The notes under the pieces were generated by a model. That model was not told where the DNA came from. It searched no databases and saw nothing but the letters and a program-made list of their open reading frames with translations. This document shows positions 1 through 10,981 of a stretch of DNA of 64,000 bases, in pieces. This DNA comes from Methanotrichaceae archaeon (GTDB lineage: Archaea > Halobacteriota > Methanosarcinia > Methanotrichales > Methanotrichaceae): the NCBI GenBank assembly GCA_963803145.1, contig CAWDLW010000017.1, forward strand, positions 96,001-160,000, written 5' to 3'. The stretch's first letter is position 1. The number at the start of each line of letters is the position of its first letter. Both the position numbers and the translations under genes were made by a program.

Positions 1-2
1 GA

Positions 3-596
3 GGCGAGACTGCATCACTGCCTGAAATAATACGTGGATTAGATCTGGCAGGAACAGCCATAGGTGTTGTCGACAAGGATAAGATCGTAACCGGAGAAAA
101 GATAAAAGTCGGCGATGTCCTGGTGGGCGTTCCAAGCGATGGCCTTCACAGCAACGGCTATACCCTGGCTAGAAGAATCATCGCAGAATCGAAGTACACC
201 TATTTCGATAAAATGCCCGGCTCAGACAGGACGATAGGCGAGGAACTCCTTACACCCACGCGGATCTACTACGAGATCATTGGGCTTGTCAAGAAGTGTG
301 ACGTTCACGGTTTGGCGCATATAACTGGGTCTGGTTTACTCAAGCTACATAGAATAACAAACTTAGGGTTTGAGATAACAGATCCTCTTACGCCTCAGCC
401 CATTTTCAGGTTCCTTCAGGAGCTTGGAAACGTGGATGATGCTGAGATGTACAGGACTTTCAATATGGGGATGGGGTTCGTAGTAGTAGTACCCGAAAAG
501 GATGCCAAAAACGCTTGTGAGATAATGGGATCAGGCTCTAAAGTCATAGGCTCAATAGTAAAAGAGGGTTTGAAGGCCGGAAAGCTGAATCTTTAA
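3..596 (+). CDS. purM: Phosphoribosylformylglycinamidine cyclo-ligase (AIR synthetase), 5' end outside window
   Basis: Open frame from window edge: [45 protein letters not shown]. Confidence 0.95.
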   Translation, partial: GETASLPEIIRGLDLAGTAIGVVDKDKIVTGEKIKVGDVLVGVPSDGLHSNGYTLARRIIAESKYTYFDKMPGSDRTIGEELLTPTRIYYEIIGLVKKCDVHGLAHITGSGLLKLHRITNLGFEITDPLTPQPIFRFLQELGNVDDAEMYRTFNMGMGFVVVVPEKDAKNACEIMGSGSKVIGSIVKEGLKAGKLNL

Positions 597-606
597 GGGC
601 AACTGT

Positions 607-1407
607 CTATTGCCCTTTGGCCTCAGCGCTTTTCGTGGCCTCCTCCTTTGCTACCTCGCCGAACATCTCCTCTAATTTGCTCTTTATTTTCTTTATCTCT
701 TCTACTGCAGGGCCGCCGACATCTATGGGTGCACGGCCGCTGAGGTCAGCCTCGATGAGGTTCCTATCATAAGGTATTGTGCCTATTATCGGAATGCCCA
801 TCTGCTTGAGCTTTTCCTCAACTATTCCCGGCTCACTGGCTTTGTTTATAACTGCAAGATACCTCATGATACCTATTTCCTTTCCCAGCTGCATTATCCT
901 CTCCACGGTCTCTATGGACCTCATGCCTGGCTCGACAACTGCTATCATCGCATCGACACCGCGGGCTGTGGCTCTGCCAAGATGCTCTATGCCGGCCTCC
1001 ATATCCAGTATCACTAGATCCTTTTCGCGGGTAATCACGTGTCGTATGAGGGCTTTTACGAAGGAGTTGGCAGGGCACATGCACCCCGAGCCTCCGGTAT
1101 CGACAGTTCCCATGACCACGAGCTTTACATTATCAGGACCTGTGCAGCCGCACATCTGCACTACATCGTCCACTTTGGGGTTGAGCTTGAACATACCCAT
1201 CGGCATGCCGGCACGCTCCTGGACAAGATCTTTATGCTCAGTGACTGGCCTTGGTAGCTTCTTTATTCCTATGGCGGAGCCAAGGTTCATGCTGGGATCT
1301 GCGTCAATTGCGAGTACGTTGTAGCCGTCGCGTGCAAAGAGCCTGGCAAGTGTTCCTGCCAGGGTGGTCTTGCCAACGCCGCCCTTTCCTGAGATTGCTA
1401 TCTTCAT
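607..1407 (-). CDS. cooC: CooC/AcsF-type nickel-insertion ATPase (CODH/ACS maturation)
   Basis: MKIAISGKGGVGKTT deviant Walker A, IDADP, GSGCMC nickel motif, DMEAGIEHLGR. Confidence 0.9.
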   Translation of the reverse strand: MKIAISGKGGVGKTTLAGTLARLFARDGYNVLAIDADPSMNLGSAIGIKKLPRPVTEHKDLVQERAGMPMGMFKLNPKVDDVVQMCGCTGPDNVKLVVMGTVDTGGSGCMCPANSFVKALIRHVITREKDLVILDMEAGIEHLGRATARGVDAMIAVVEPGMRSIETVERIMQLGKEIGIMRYLAVINKASEPGIVEEKLKQMGIPIIGTIPYDRNLIEADLSGRAPIDVGGPAVEEIKKIKSKLEEMFGEVAKEEATKSAEAKGQ

Positions 1408-1489
1408 CTAGAGTCCTCGTGAAAACGAATTCATATTTTTGGTATGTGTTTATATCGGTTCTGTGTGAATATAGTTTATTGGTATCAGG

Positions 1490-3520
1490 ATGATTGGACG
1501 CATAAGAAAGCGAGATGGAAGAATTGAGAACTTCCAGCCAGCCAAGATCACTGTCGCAATTGGCAAGGCTTTCAAGGCAGTCGGCATAGATGATTCTAAG
1601 GCCCCTTCTGAGCTGGCGGGGCGCGTTATCGGAATAGCAGAAGAAAAGTTTCCCGATACTGTGCCGGGTGTTGAGGATATCCAGGATATAGTTGAGAAAG
1701 TTCTGATCGATGCAGGTTATGCAGATGTCGCCAAGGCCTACATCCTCTACAGGCAGAGGCGGAGTGAGATACGCGATGCAAAGCGCTATCTGGGCGTGGC
1801 CGATGATCTGAAGCTCAGCGTGAATGCAATAGAGGTTTTGAAGAAAAGGTATTTGCAGCGCGATGAAAAGGGGAATGTTGTTGAGATGCCCGGAGAGCTG
1901 TTCAATCGCGTAGCAACGTATGTCTCCAGGGCGGAGGCGAAGTACGGTGGAGATGCCGACTCATGCCGACAAGGTTTCCTGAAGGCGATGTCGAACCTGC
2001 TGTTTATGCCGAACTCCCCCACGCTGATGAATGCTGGCCTTGAGCTTGGCCAGCTCTCGGCCTGCTTTGTCCTTCCTGTCGAGGATTCTCTTGAAGGCAT
2101 CTTTGATACTCTGAAGCATATGGCGCTCATCCATCAGAGCGGAGGCGGAACAGGATTCTCTTTTTCAAAAATCAGGCCGAAGAACGATGTTGTCAGAAGC
2201 ACTGGCGGTGTGGCAAGTGGGCCTGTCTCCTTCATGAGCATCTACGATGCTGCGACAAATGTTATCAAGCAGGGCGGCCGCAGGCGGGGCGCAAACATGG
2301 GCGTACTCCGCATAGATCATCCCGATATCCTTGAGTTTATTGAGGCCAAGCAGCAGCCGGGCTTCCTCGAGAACTTCAATATCTCTGTTGCTGCGACCGA
2401 TAATTTTATGCGACTGGCGCGTTCGGGCGGAGCTCTCGACCTTATCAACCCGAGAAATGGCGCTGTCACTGGAAGCCTGGATGCCCCGGAGATGATGAAT
2501 CTCATCGCAAACTCTGCATGGCGCGGCGGAGATCCCGGTATGATATTCATCGATAGGATTAACGAGCTTCATCCAATTCCTGGTATCATAGAGGCTACAA
2601 ACCCCTGTGGGGAGCAGCCGCTTTTGCCATATGAGTCATGTAATCTCGGCTCCATAAACCTCTCGAAGCTGGTCGAGAATAACGAGATCAAATGGGATCA
2701 GCTAGGGGATCTTGTGCGCCTGGGAGTGCACTTCCTGGATGATGTAATCGAGGTGAACAAGCTTCCATTGAGACAGATCGAGGAGGCGACATTGAGAACG
2801 CGCAAGATCGGCCTTGGGGTCATGGGATTTGCAGAGATGCTGATTGAGATGAACATCTCCTATGATTCCGAGGATGCAATACGCACTGCAGAGAAGACCA
2901 TGAAATATATCTCAGATCTCGGAAGGGAGGTGTCTGAGAAATTAGGGGAGGAACGCGGATCATTTCCGCTTTTTGAAGAGTCCAAGCTCAAGAGCTGGAG
3001 TGCGATGCGAAATTCGACAGTTACGACAGTCGCACCTACCGGCACTATCAGCATCATCGCAGGAACGAGCAGCGGCATTGAGCCGCTGTTCGCAGTTTCA
3101 TTCGTTCGCCATGTGCTTGAAGGTGCAAAGCTGTTCGAGGTGTCGCCGCTCTTTGAAAGGGCTGCACGACAGCGTGGAATCTATAGCCAGAGCCTGATGA
3201 CTGAGGTTGCGAAGAAGGGATCTGTTCAGGATATTGCCGAGGTGCCCAAAGACATGAAAGAGATATTCGTAACTGCGCTTGACATACCGCCTGAGCAGCA
3301 TGTGAGAATACAGGCAGCCTTCCAGAAGTACACAGATAATGGCGTATCCAAGACTGTGAATTTGCCGCAGAGCGCCAATGTTAGCGATGTACTGAAGGTT
3401 TACAATTTGGCATATGATCTGGGATGCAAGGGCGTGACCGTGTTCAGATATGGAAGCCGAGGCCAGGTGCTTTATTTGGGTGATGAGGAGACCGTGCCTG
3501 GGTGCAAGTATTGCGGATAA
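1490..3520 (+). CDS. nrdJ: Adenosylcobalamin-dependent (class II) ribonucleotide reductase with N-terminal ATP cone
   Basis: KRDG ATP cone, FMPNSPTLMNAG, QLSACF, TNPCGEQPL..YESCNLGSINL, APTGTIS, terminal CKYC. Confidence 0.93.
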   Translation: MIGRIRKRDGRIENFQPAKITVAIGKAFKAVGIDDSKAPSELAGRVIGIAEEKFPDTVPGVEDIQDIVEKVLIDAGYADVAKAYILYRQRRSEIRDAKRYLGVADDLKLSVNAIEVLKKRYLQRDEKGNVVEMPGELFNRVATYVSRAEAKYGGDADSCRQGFLKAMSNLLFMPNSPTLMNAGLELGQLSACFVLPVEDSLEGIFDTLKHMALIHQSGGGTGFSFSKIRPKNDVVRSTGGVASGPVSFMSIYDAATNVIKQGGRRRGANMGVLRIDHPDILEFIEAKQQPGFLENFNISVAATDNFMRLARSGGALDLINPRNGAVTGSLDAPEMMNLIANSAWRGGDPGMIFIDRINELHPIPGIIEATNPCGEQPLLPYESCNLGSINLSKLVENNEIKWDQLGDLVRLGVHFLDDVIEVNKLPLRQIEEATLRTRKIGLGVMGFAEMLIEMNISYDSEDAIRTAEKTMKYISDLGREVSEKLGEERGSFPLFEESKLKSWSAMRNSTVTTVAPTGTISIIAGTSSGIEPLFAVSFVRHVLEGAKLFEVSPLFERAARQRGIYSQSLMTEVAKKGSVQDIAEVPKDMKEIFVTALDIPPEQHVRIQAAFQKYTDNGVSKTVNLPQSANVSDVLKVYNLAYDLGCKGVTVFRYGSRGQVLYLGDEETVPGCKYCG

Positions 3521-3913
3521 GTCGATATGCTATCTCTATATAAATCATCTTAATGATTCGTTGAACTGTGCACTAAGTATGAAAAACCGATAAGCTATGG
3601 GACTTATCTCATAGGAAGGAAAAGTCAATTCGGCATTTGGGCCTGCTATCCTAATTCAAGAGCCTTTGCCTTCCTTCTGGGGCTAACACTAACTACACTC
3701 TAGCGCGCTCAGTCGCCGTGCGGGCTGCCCCTAACCCCTCTCTGGGGGAAGGTTATGGAAAACGCATGCTATATGGTTGAAGGGAATAAGATGAAGAATC
3801 CCTCTATCTATCGTGCCTAATCACTAGAGGAGTTCTTTAATATTCGGGAGAATCCCTAATCGGAAGAGGATATTTGGCTAATTTCACTTCAAAGCCGGAG
3901 GATCGCTATAGCT

Positions 3914-4915
3914 ATGGTTTCTTCTATTGATGTCAAGGGCTGGATTGAGCTCGATGGAAAGCGAATCTCAGAGAGCGATCTTAAGAACATCCTTGCTGGA
4001 AATCCCGACGCCATCTCAAGATTCGGCGGCGAGTTCCTCCTCAAATGGAACGGATGCAAGGCGCGTGATCACTTTGGGATCATGCCAGGAGACTGCCCTG
4101 CAGGGTCGGTTGTCTGCGGCGACAAAGAGATCGGAAAATTAAATCCAGCATACCTGCTCATGGATCTGGGCGAGGCCATAGAGATCGCTGTCCGGCTCAG
4201 AAGTGATGAGGGTGTTGTTGCACTCTCAGGTGGCGTGGATTCTGCCCTCGTTGCCAGGCTGGCAGGGCGAGAATGCATTGCTGTAGGGATCGAAGGCTCT
4301 CATGATCTGAGGCACGCAAAGGAGGTGGCGAGCGAGCTGGCGTTGCCATTAACGGCGGTAGTTATCGATCCGAAAACAGTAGAAGATGCATTGGCTCAGG
4401 TGCTGCGTGTCATACCGATGACTGATCCTGTGAATGCATCTATTGCGGCCACTCTACATTATGTTGCCGAGTGGGCAGGACACAATGGTTACAGGCGCAT
4501 ACTTGCAGGTCAGGGAGCGGATGAGCTCTTTGGGGGATATGCACGTTACCTCCAAACGGATACTCTCGCAATGGATCTCGAGAGGGATTTTCATGGCCTA
4601 AGCGTACAGCTTGCCAGAGACCAGGCAGTAGCCGCGCTCCATGGCACATACTTTTCACTGCCATATATGGATGTGAGAGTTGTGCAGGCTGCACGAGCCA
4701 TTCCCCCTGACGAAAAGGTGCGAGATGGGATCCGGAAGCGACCTCTGAGAGCGGTGGCCGAGCGTTACCTTCCGCCGTCTATTGCCCAATATGAGAAAAA
4801 AGCTATGCAATACGGCAGCGGCATAATGAAAGTGATACAAAGGCTTGCAAGCCAAAGCGGCTATAAGAACTCTATACAGGATTATCTGGCACAGATATCC
4901 GCCCCAAAAGATTGA
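3914..4915 (+). CDS. Asparagine synthase-family protein (C-terminal synthetase domain, reduced N-terminus)
   Basis: ALSGGVDS PP-loop, GQGADELFGGY, K-x-x-MQYGSG; no N-terminal Cys glutaminase. Confidence 0.8.
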   Translation: MVSSIDVKGWIELDGKRISESDLKNILAGNPDAISRFGGEFLLKWNGCKARDHFGIMPGDCPAGSVVCGDKEIGKLNPAYLLMDLGEAIEIAVRLRSDEGVVALSGGVDSALVARLAGRECIAVGIEGSHDLRHAKEVASELALPLTAVVIDPKTVEDALAQVLRVIPMTDPVNASIAATLHYVAEWAGHNGYRRILAGQGADELFGGYARYLQTDTLAMDLERDFHGLSVQLARDQAVAALHGTYFSLPYMDVRVVQAARAIPPDEKVRDGIRKRPLRAVAERYLPPSIAQYEKKAMQYGSGIMKVIQRLASQSGYKNSIQDYLAQISAPKD

Positions 4916-4993
4916 GGCATAAGCCGATGCAGGGATGGGGACGTAGCTGCCTCTTTGATATCTACGGATATGGTAATTGATTATATAGACATA

Positions 4994-5431
4994 TTATGTT
5001 GATAATTCTGAAGCTATAAGCTGAGGTCCCGATAGTGTATCCTGCGGTTGAGACATATTACGTTCAATCGCCGCCTTTAGTTCCTCTTTTTTTAATGGCT
5101 TTGCGAGCAGATCATCGGCGCCCACGTCATAACATAGATCGCGACATGTATCCAATTCAAATGCAGTAGCCACTATAATCTTCGGGCCAGGAGACCAGCA
5201 TTTTCTTATTATCCTGATGGCCTCGATGCCGTCCATCTCCGGCATCTGAATATCCATAAGAATAAGATCATAGATTTGGCTCTCGAGCGCATGCAGAACC
5301 TCTGCACCATTGGACGCCACATCTGCATGGTACCCAAGTTTTTCGAGCATTTTTATGGCGATTTTTTGATTTAAAGGATCATCTTCTGCTATAATGATAT
5401 TTACTGTGTTATAGCTATTTACAGATCTCAT
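4994..5431 (-). CDS. Single-domain response regulator (CheY-like receiver)
   Basis: AEDD, LILMDIQMPEMDG, AKP motifs. Confidence 0.9.
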   Translation of the reverse strand: MRSVNSYNTVNIIIAEDDPLNQKIAIKMLEKLGYHADVASNGAEVLHALESQIYDLILMDIQMPEMDGIEAIRIIRKCWSPGPKIIVATAFELDTCRDLCYDVGADDLLAKPLKKEELKAAIERNMSQPQDTLSGPQLIASELST

Positions 5432-5688
5432 CCATCCCCGCCCCTTATTTAGCTTGGTACTTTATAGCACTCCGAATAATACTATTTTCGATAAGCTTAG
5501 CCTATCTTCAGTCTCCAATTATTTTTAAACCTTATAAATGTTTCGGATAATCGTTAAGTAACATTATAATCATAGTATAGAAAATATTATTATGGATTCA
5601 TAATCTATTTCATATTCCGACAAAACATGTGTACAGCATGAATTAGCCCGTTTTGAGGTATCTTAAGCCGGCAGTCCACCCGTATTGA

Positions 5689-6267
<579 letters not shown>

Positions 6268-6387
6268 ACCATTTGAAGCTACATCTAAGTGAAGGCATAT
6301 CCTTTTTGATTTTCTTAAGCTGTTCGATATAGTCTCAGGGCAGCTCTCGCAAATCTAAAGACCAATGCAAGCAGGATATTTGCCCTA

Positions 6388-7320
6388 ATGGATTTCTTCA
6401 CCCATCTTATGGTAGGCTTCATCGTCTCATCGCTCGCAAGCGGCTCATTTCATAATAACTATGTGATATTTGGAACTCTAATGGCTGGGCTTCCGGATTT
6501 CGATGTTTTCCTTTATCCTTTATGGAAGAGTCTTCCGATAACCCGCCATCATGGGATAACACATATGATAATATTCATTGTGATAGTATCTGGGCTTGTT
6601 AATATTCTGCTCACTATTTTTACAGGCAGTGCAGATGTGAAGCTATTCCTTTTGATGTGTCTGACTGGCATGTCTCACATCTTCGGTGATTTCATAACAA
6701 CCTGGGGAGTGAGCCCATTCTATCCTCTAACAAAGAAGTATACAAAGCTGAACCTTGACACAGCCGTAAATCCATATCTTATTCTATACTTCTTTGTAGG
6801 CGTGCTTTTTCTGACAGCGGTTATGTCTGGCCGTATTCCATTGAGCGATATCCGGGCATCTGCACTGCTTGGGATGACTTATGTTGCCTATTTCGTAACC
6901 AGGGCGATCATGAAGCTTTATTTCACGAGCATACCTGAAAACAAAGGGTTTACTGCGCTTCCTACATTTTCGCCTACTCGATGGAAGTTCGTAAAAAAAA
7001 TAGATGCGGATGATATGATAAAAATCATTATAAAAAATAATCGCTTGAAGGAGTATACGATACCTAAAGAAGGATTAAAAGAGATAAAAACATGCGATGA
7101 TCTTGTCAGCACCTATTGGCACCCGCGCGTTCAGGAATATATGCGCGTTTTCAGCTATCCATACTATACAATCGATTGCAAAGACGGAAAATTTGAGATA
7201 ATCTGGCACTCGGCTGAGATGGGGGATAATATGCAAATAAATGTAAGGTATGATGGCGATTTTAAAGTGAACTCCGAATTTATAAGAGTGCTAAAAAGGC
7301 TACGATCAAATAAAGAGTGA
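6388..7320 (+). CDS. Membrane-bound metal-dependent hydrolase (YdjM-like)
   Basis: MDFFTH, LPDFD, HHGITH, SHIFGD motifs plus TM helices. Confidence 0.8.
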   Translation: MDFFTHLMVGFIVSSLASGSFHNNYVIFGTLMAGLPDFDVFLYPLWKSLPITRHHGITHMIIFIVIVSGLVNILLTIFTGSADVKLFLLMCLTGMSHIFGDFITTWGVSPFYPLTKKYTKLNLDTAVNPYLILYFFVGVLFLTAVMSGRIPLSDIRASALLGMTYVAYFVTRAIMKLYFTSIPENKGFTALPTFSPTRWKFVKKIDADDMIKIIIKNNRLKEYTIPKEGLKEIKTCDDLVSTYWHPRVQEYMRVFSYPYYTIDCKDGKFEIIWHSAEMGDNMQINVRYDGDFKVNSEFIRVLKRLRSNKE

Positions 7321-7413
7321 TCTGTCGCATCTTAAGCAAGGGCGGATGCGGCAGACCAAACACCTGTGCTTATGCTCTCAATTTCGTTTGATATCACCAG
7401 GTGTCAGAGTTTA

Positions 7414-8379
7414 TTACACTTGCGTCGTGTTGTTGCTAGTGGAATTCATTGAACTTGAGTTGCCCAGGATCAATATGGATGATGGGAAGGCAGCAGCATT
7501 TTTAGCATCATCGGGCAGAGTGATACTGATGCTCCTATTAAAGCCGCTGAACATGATTATCTCAGATGTATCAATTGCCATCTTAAGATTTTCTGCCTTT
7601 TTCGCTGGCAATCCAAGCTCTTCTGGAGATAGCGTCATATTCATCGATATATCGACCTTCACTGGAAGAAGCGTTTCCTTTGAGATCCACATGATCTCTG
7701 AAATATTGGTATTGTTGAACAGGCTGCTAAGGTTCAGATGAGAAGTCGTCGAGGGACCAGTCTCGCTCCCTTGGATGCCGATATTATTGGCTTCTTCAAT
7801 GGCTGAATATGCCTTCAGGTTGGGGATGACCTTGATCTTATAGCAATCGATACCATTTACACTCTCATTGCCAAGAAGTGTGACCGTGGAGTTGTTTAGC
7901 TCCTCTTTTTGCCGCTCTATCTCGTTCTCCTGCTTCCAAAGAGTATCAAGAGATGGCCCCACAAGTATTATCTTAGTCCAATTGCTGTCAACCTTCATAT
8001 ACATAGTATCGTTCAGAAGGTATATCTCTGTGGCTAAAGCACTCGCACTCTCCTCCTGGCCCTCTGGCACCGATAGAACTGCCATTGCCATCTTCATTGC
8101 CTTGGCTGTTAGATTCAATGCAGCCACACCGAATGTTCTGGTTGATATCGTCTGAGACTCGGTTTTATTGATCCCTGTGATATTTGCTATCTCTATCCTC
8201 TGGTTCACATCAAGCGTGAAACTATATGTCTCAGGCTTGACAGTTGAACTCAGAATTATGTCTTTCAAGGCGGAACTGTTCGATTCAGATGTATTCGCAA
8301 TGGAGAGATTCTCCCGGGCCGTAGCTGTGATTGCGATCGTCATTAGGATCGCGGCTAACAGGATTATTCCTAACCTCAT
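7414..8379 (-). CDS. Secreted hypothetical protein (LppX/LolA-like beta-sheet fold possible), many N-glycosylation sequons
   Basis: Signal peptide; Y-x-x-x-D-T-M-Y-M-K, E-x-V-N-G-x-x-C-Y and W-I-S-K-E-T pattern. Confidence 0.6.
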   Translation of the reverse strand: MRLGIILLAAILMTIAITATARENLSIANTSESNSSALKDIILSSTVKPETYSFTLDVNQRIEIANITGINKTESQTISTRTFGVAALNLTAKAMKMAMAVLSVPEGQEESASALATEIYLLNDTMYMKVDSNWTKIILVGPSLDTLWKQENEIERQKEELNNSTVTLLGNESVNGIDCYKIKVIPNLKAYSAIEEANNIGIQGSETGPSTTSHLNLSSLFNNTNISEIMWISKETLLPVKVDISMNMTLSPEELGLPAKKAENLKMAIDTSEIIMFSGFNRSISITLPDDAKNAAAFPSSILILGNSSSMNSTSNNTTQV

Positions 8380-8504
8380 GAATATCCGTCTCCATCATGC
8401 GAAGATATCCTTTTCGGTCATTCCAATCTGCCAGGTTCTAGCTATGGAATATAGCAGTGAATGAAGTATTCAAATGCATTGGATATCATCCAAAAGATAA
8501 CGTC

Positions 8505-9005
8505 TTATTCTATCTTCTTGAATAAATCTCCTCTAGCGCCGCAGACTGGGCAAATTTCAGGAGGCTCCCTCTCAGCAGTCAGACCGCAGACCGGGCAGAC
8601 ATAGTACGGATATGATTCTTTGGACGATTCCTCCAAGTTATCAAGTAAATCGTGATAGAGCCTGGCATGGACCTTCTCGACCTCATTTGCATAGGTGAAT
8701 GTCCTCTCGGCGATCTTATTGCCCTCCGCCTTTGAAGCATCTATCATCTCAGGATACATCTCCTTGAACTCATGCGTTTCACCTGCTAGTGCCTCTCGCA
8801 GGTTTTCTTTGGTGGACTTGACGCCCTTAGAAGCCCTCAGGTGGTTGGCGGCATGAACCGCCTCAGCCTCTGCAGCAGCACGAAAGAGCCTGGCCGCCTG
8901 AGGGTAGCCGTCCTGATCAGCCTTTACAGCAAAGGTCGCGTACCTTCTGTTCGCCTGCGACTCTCCTGCAAATGCCTCCTTTAGGAAATCATCTGTCTTA
9001 GTCAT
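8505..9005 (-). CDS. rbr: Rubrerythrin
   Basis: AFAGESQANRRY, E-x-x-H motifs, C-terminal CPVC...CPVC; start set at internal ATG (MTKTDD). Confidence 0.93.
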   Translation of the reverse strand: MTKTDDFLKEAFAGESQANRRYATFAVKADQDGYPQAARLFRAAAEAEAVHAANHLRASKGVKSTKENLREALAGETHEFKEMYPEMIDASKAEGNKIAERTFTYANEVEKVHARLYHDLLDNLEESSKESYPYYVCPVCGLTAEREPPEICPVCGARGDLFKKIE

Positions 9006-9118
9006 TATCAACACACCTCCAGACAATAAGGAGTTATATCCAGAATGATGCTCAAGCCCGATAAATTCTTTGGATGCTTTGATCACCTATAAATTCTCAT
9101 AAACCAAATGAAACAAGG

Positions 9119-10102
9119 ATGCCAGAGAACATAATCGAGGTCAGTAATCTAGAATATAGCTACGGTGACTTCAAGGCCGTGGACGATGTCAGCTTCGAGG
9201 TTAAAGAGGGTGAGATCTTCTCATTCCTGGGGCCGAACGGGGCTGGGAAAAGCACTGTAATAAATATGCTGATAACGCTTTTGCCTGTGCGGCAAGGCTG
9301 TGCGAGCATAGCGGGCTACGATCTCTCAACTCAGCCAGAAGCTGTACGGCGATCGATAGGTATAGTCTTTCAGGACGAGACGCTTGACCGAGACCTGACA
9401 GTTTGGGAAACACTTGAATTTCACGGCAGGCTCTACTCCATTCCCAAAAAAGAACGGCGTGAGAGAATCGAGGAGATGATCAGGCTCGTTGAACTCGAAG
9501 AGAAGAGAGATGTCAGGACCAGGAACCTCAGCGGCGGCATGAAGCGCCGCCTAGAGATCGCACGCGGACTTATGACTCGTCCAAAGGTGCTCTTCCTTGA
9601 TGAGCCGACAATTGGGCTCGACACGCAGACGCGCATCAGGCTCTGGGATTATATAAAGAGTGTGAACCAATCGGGCACTACCATATTTCTTACAACTCAT
9701 TACATGGATGAGGCTGACCAGGTCAGCGATTGGATCAACATCGTAGACCATGGAAAGATAATAGCCTCCGGCACACCCCTTAACCTTAAGAACGATTTGG
9801 GCCGGGATATGATCTACCTTGAGACGAGCGATGATGAGTCGGCTTCGAGAATATTGAAGGATGTTGATTCAGTATTGAATGCAAAGAAATCCTCAAAGGG
9901 TGTTGTTATCACTATTACTACTGACGGAAGCCATTGCCTGCCTACCATTATGAGCAAGCTCAAGGACAATGGGATTGAGATAAAAAGCGTGAATCTAAAG
10001 AAGCCTACTCTTGATGATGTCTTCGTACATTACACGGGCCGTGAGCTGAGGGAGGGCGGAGCTGAGAAGTTCCGAAGGATAATGCCCAAAGGGGGGAGAT
10101 GA
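9119..10102 (+). CDS. ABC-2 exporter ATP-binding subunit (DrrA-like)
   Basis: GPNGAGKS, LSGGM, LDEPTIGLD, TTHYMDEA, PTLDDVF. Confidence 0.92.
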   Translation: MPENIIEVSNLEYSYGDFKAVDDVSFEVKEGEIFSFLGPNGAGKSTVINMLITLLPVRQGCASIAGYDLSTQPEAVRRSIGIVFQDETLDRDLTVWETLEFHGRLYSIPKKERRERIEEMIRLVELEEKRDVRTRNLSGGMKRRLEIARGLMTRPKVLFLDEPTIGLDTQTRIRLWDYIKSVNQSGTTIFLTTHYMDEADQVSDWINIVDHGKIIASGTPLNLKNDLGRDMIYLETSDDESASRILKDVDSVLNAKKSSKGVVITITTDGSHCLPTIMSKLKDNGIEIKSVNLKKPTLDDVFVHYTGRELREGGAEKFRRIMPKGGR

Positions 10103-10103
10103 A

Positions 10104-10940
10104 TTGGCCCTGGAGTTCACCACAGTTTATTGGCGCGATATGCTCAGGTTCTTCAGATTCCGGGCTTTATTAGTATCATCGCTGCTCCAGCCAGCCCTTT
10201 GGCTCGCTCTCTACGGAGCTGCCATGTCAACAAACTTCAGCAGGTTCAGCGCAGCCATACCAACACCTGCAGGCGCATTCGTCGTATCTTATCTCACATT
10301 TCTCGGAGCAGGCGTGATAGCTTTGACCACGCTCTTTACGAGCCTTTTTGGAGGAATCTCCCTTTTATTCGATAAAAACTGGGGACTCATGCGCGAGCTG
10401 TTTGCGAGCCCCATGCCCAGAGAGCACATCATCATAGGCATTGGCCTTAGCGGAGTCACCAAATCCATCATCCAGGTGCTGGTGATTATGGGCTTCGGCC
10501 TTCTCATTGGTGTCAAGTTTTTCTCAGGATATACGCTTCTACAGACGGTTGTCTCTATCGCAGGAATACTTCTTTTTGTAGGAGTTTTCTCAATAGGCTT
10601 TCTATTCCTGTCATCGGCCATATCTATGAGCATGGAGACGCCCGAAAGCCTACAAGGCGTGATCACACTACTAACTCTGCCCCTTTTCTTTGCGAGCAAC
10701 GCACTGTATCCAGTAGATGCATTTCCAGAAGTAGTAAGATATCTGACTCGCTTCAATCCTCTCACGTATCTCATCAACGGTGTACGGTATTTTGCCATAG
10801 GCAGGGACTTTTATGCTGTAGGAACTCACTACACATACACAACAATGGATATGGCATTCTCCCTGCTGGCGCTTGTGGTTTTTGCAGTGTTTATGTTCAT
10901 AGTTGCATGGCGGGTCTTCAAGAAGACAGTGGTCACTTAA
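10104..10940 (+). CDS. ABC-2 exporter permease (DrrB-like)
   Basis: About 6 TM helices, NPLTY motif, directly after ATPase. Confidence 0.88.
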   Translation: MALEFTTVYWRDMLRFFRFRALLVSSLLQPALWLALYGAAMSTNFSRFSAAIPTPAGAFVVSYLTFLGAGVIALTTLFTSLFGGISLLFDKNWGLMRELFASPMPREHIIIGIGLSGVTKSIIQVLVIMGFGLLIGVKFFSGYTLLQTVVSIAGILLFVGVFSIGFLFLSSAISMSMETPESLQGVITLLTLPLFFASNALYPVDAFPEVVRYLTRFNPLTYLINGVRYFAIGRDFYAVGTHYTYTTMDMAFSLLALVVFAVFMFIVAWRVFKKTVVT

Positions 10941-10981
10941 GGAATGGCCCTGTTGGCTGAGCATATTCTAGGAGCAGTAAA

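Noticed and set aside
1490-3520. Intein in ribonucleotide reductase
   Set aside because: Length and motifs are continuous, with no splice-junction or LAGLIDADG motifs.
3521-3913. Possible ncRNA or cobalamin riboswitch after nrdJ
   Set aside because: Only short GC-rich hairpins are present, no recognisable consensus, and the region is downstream rather than upstream of nrdJ.
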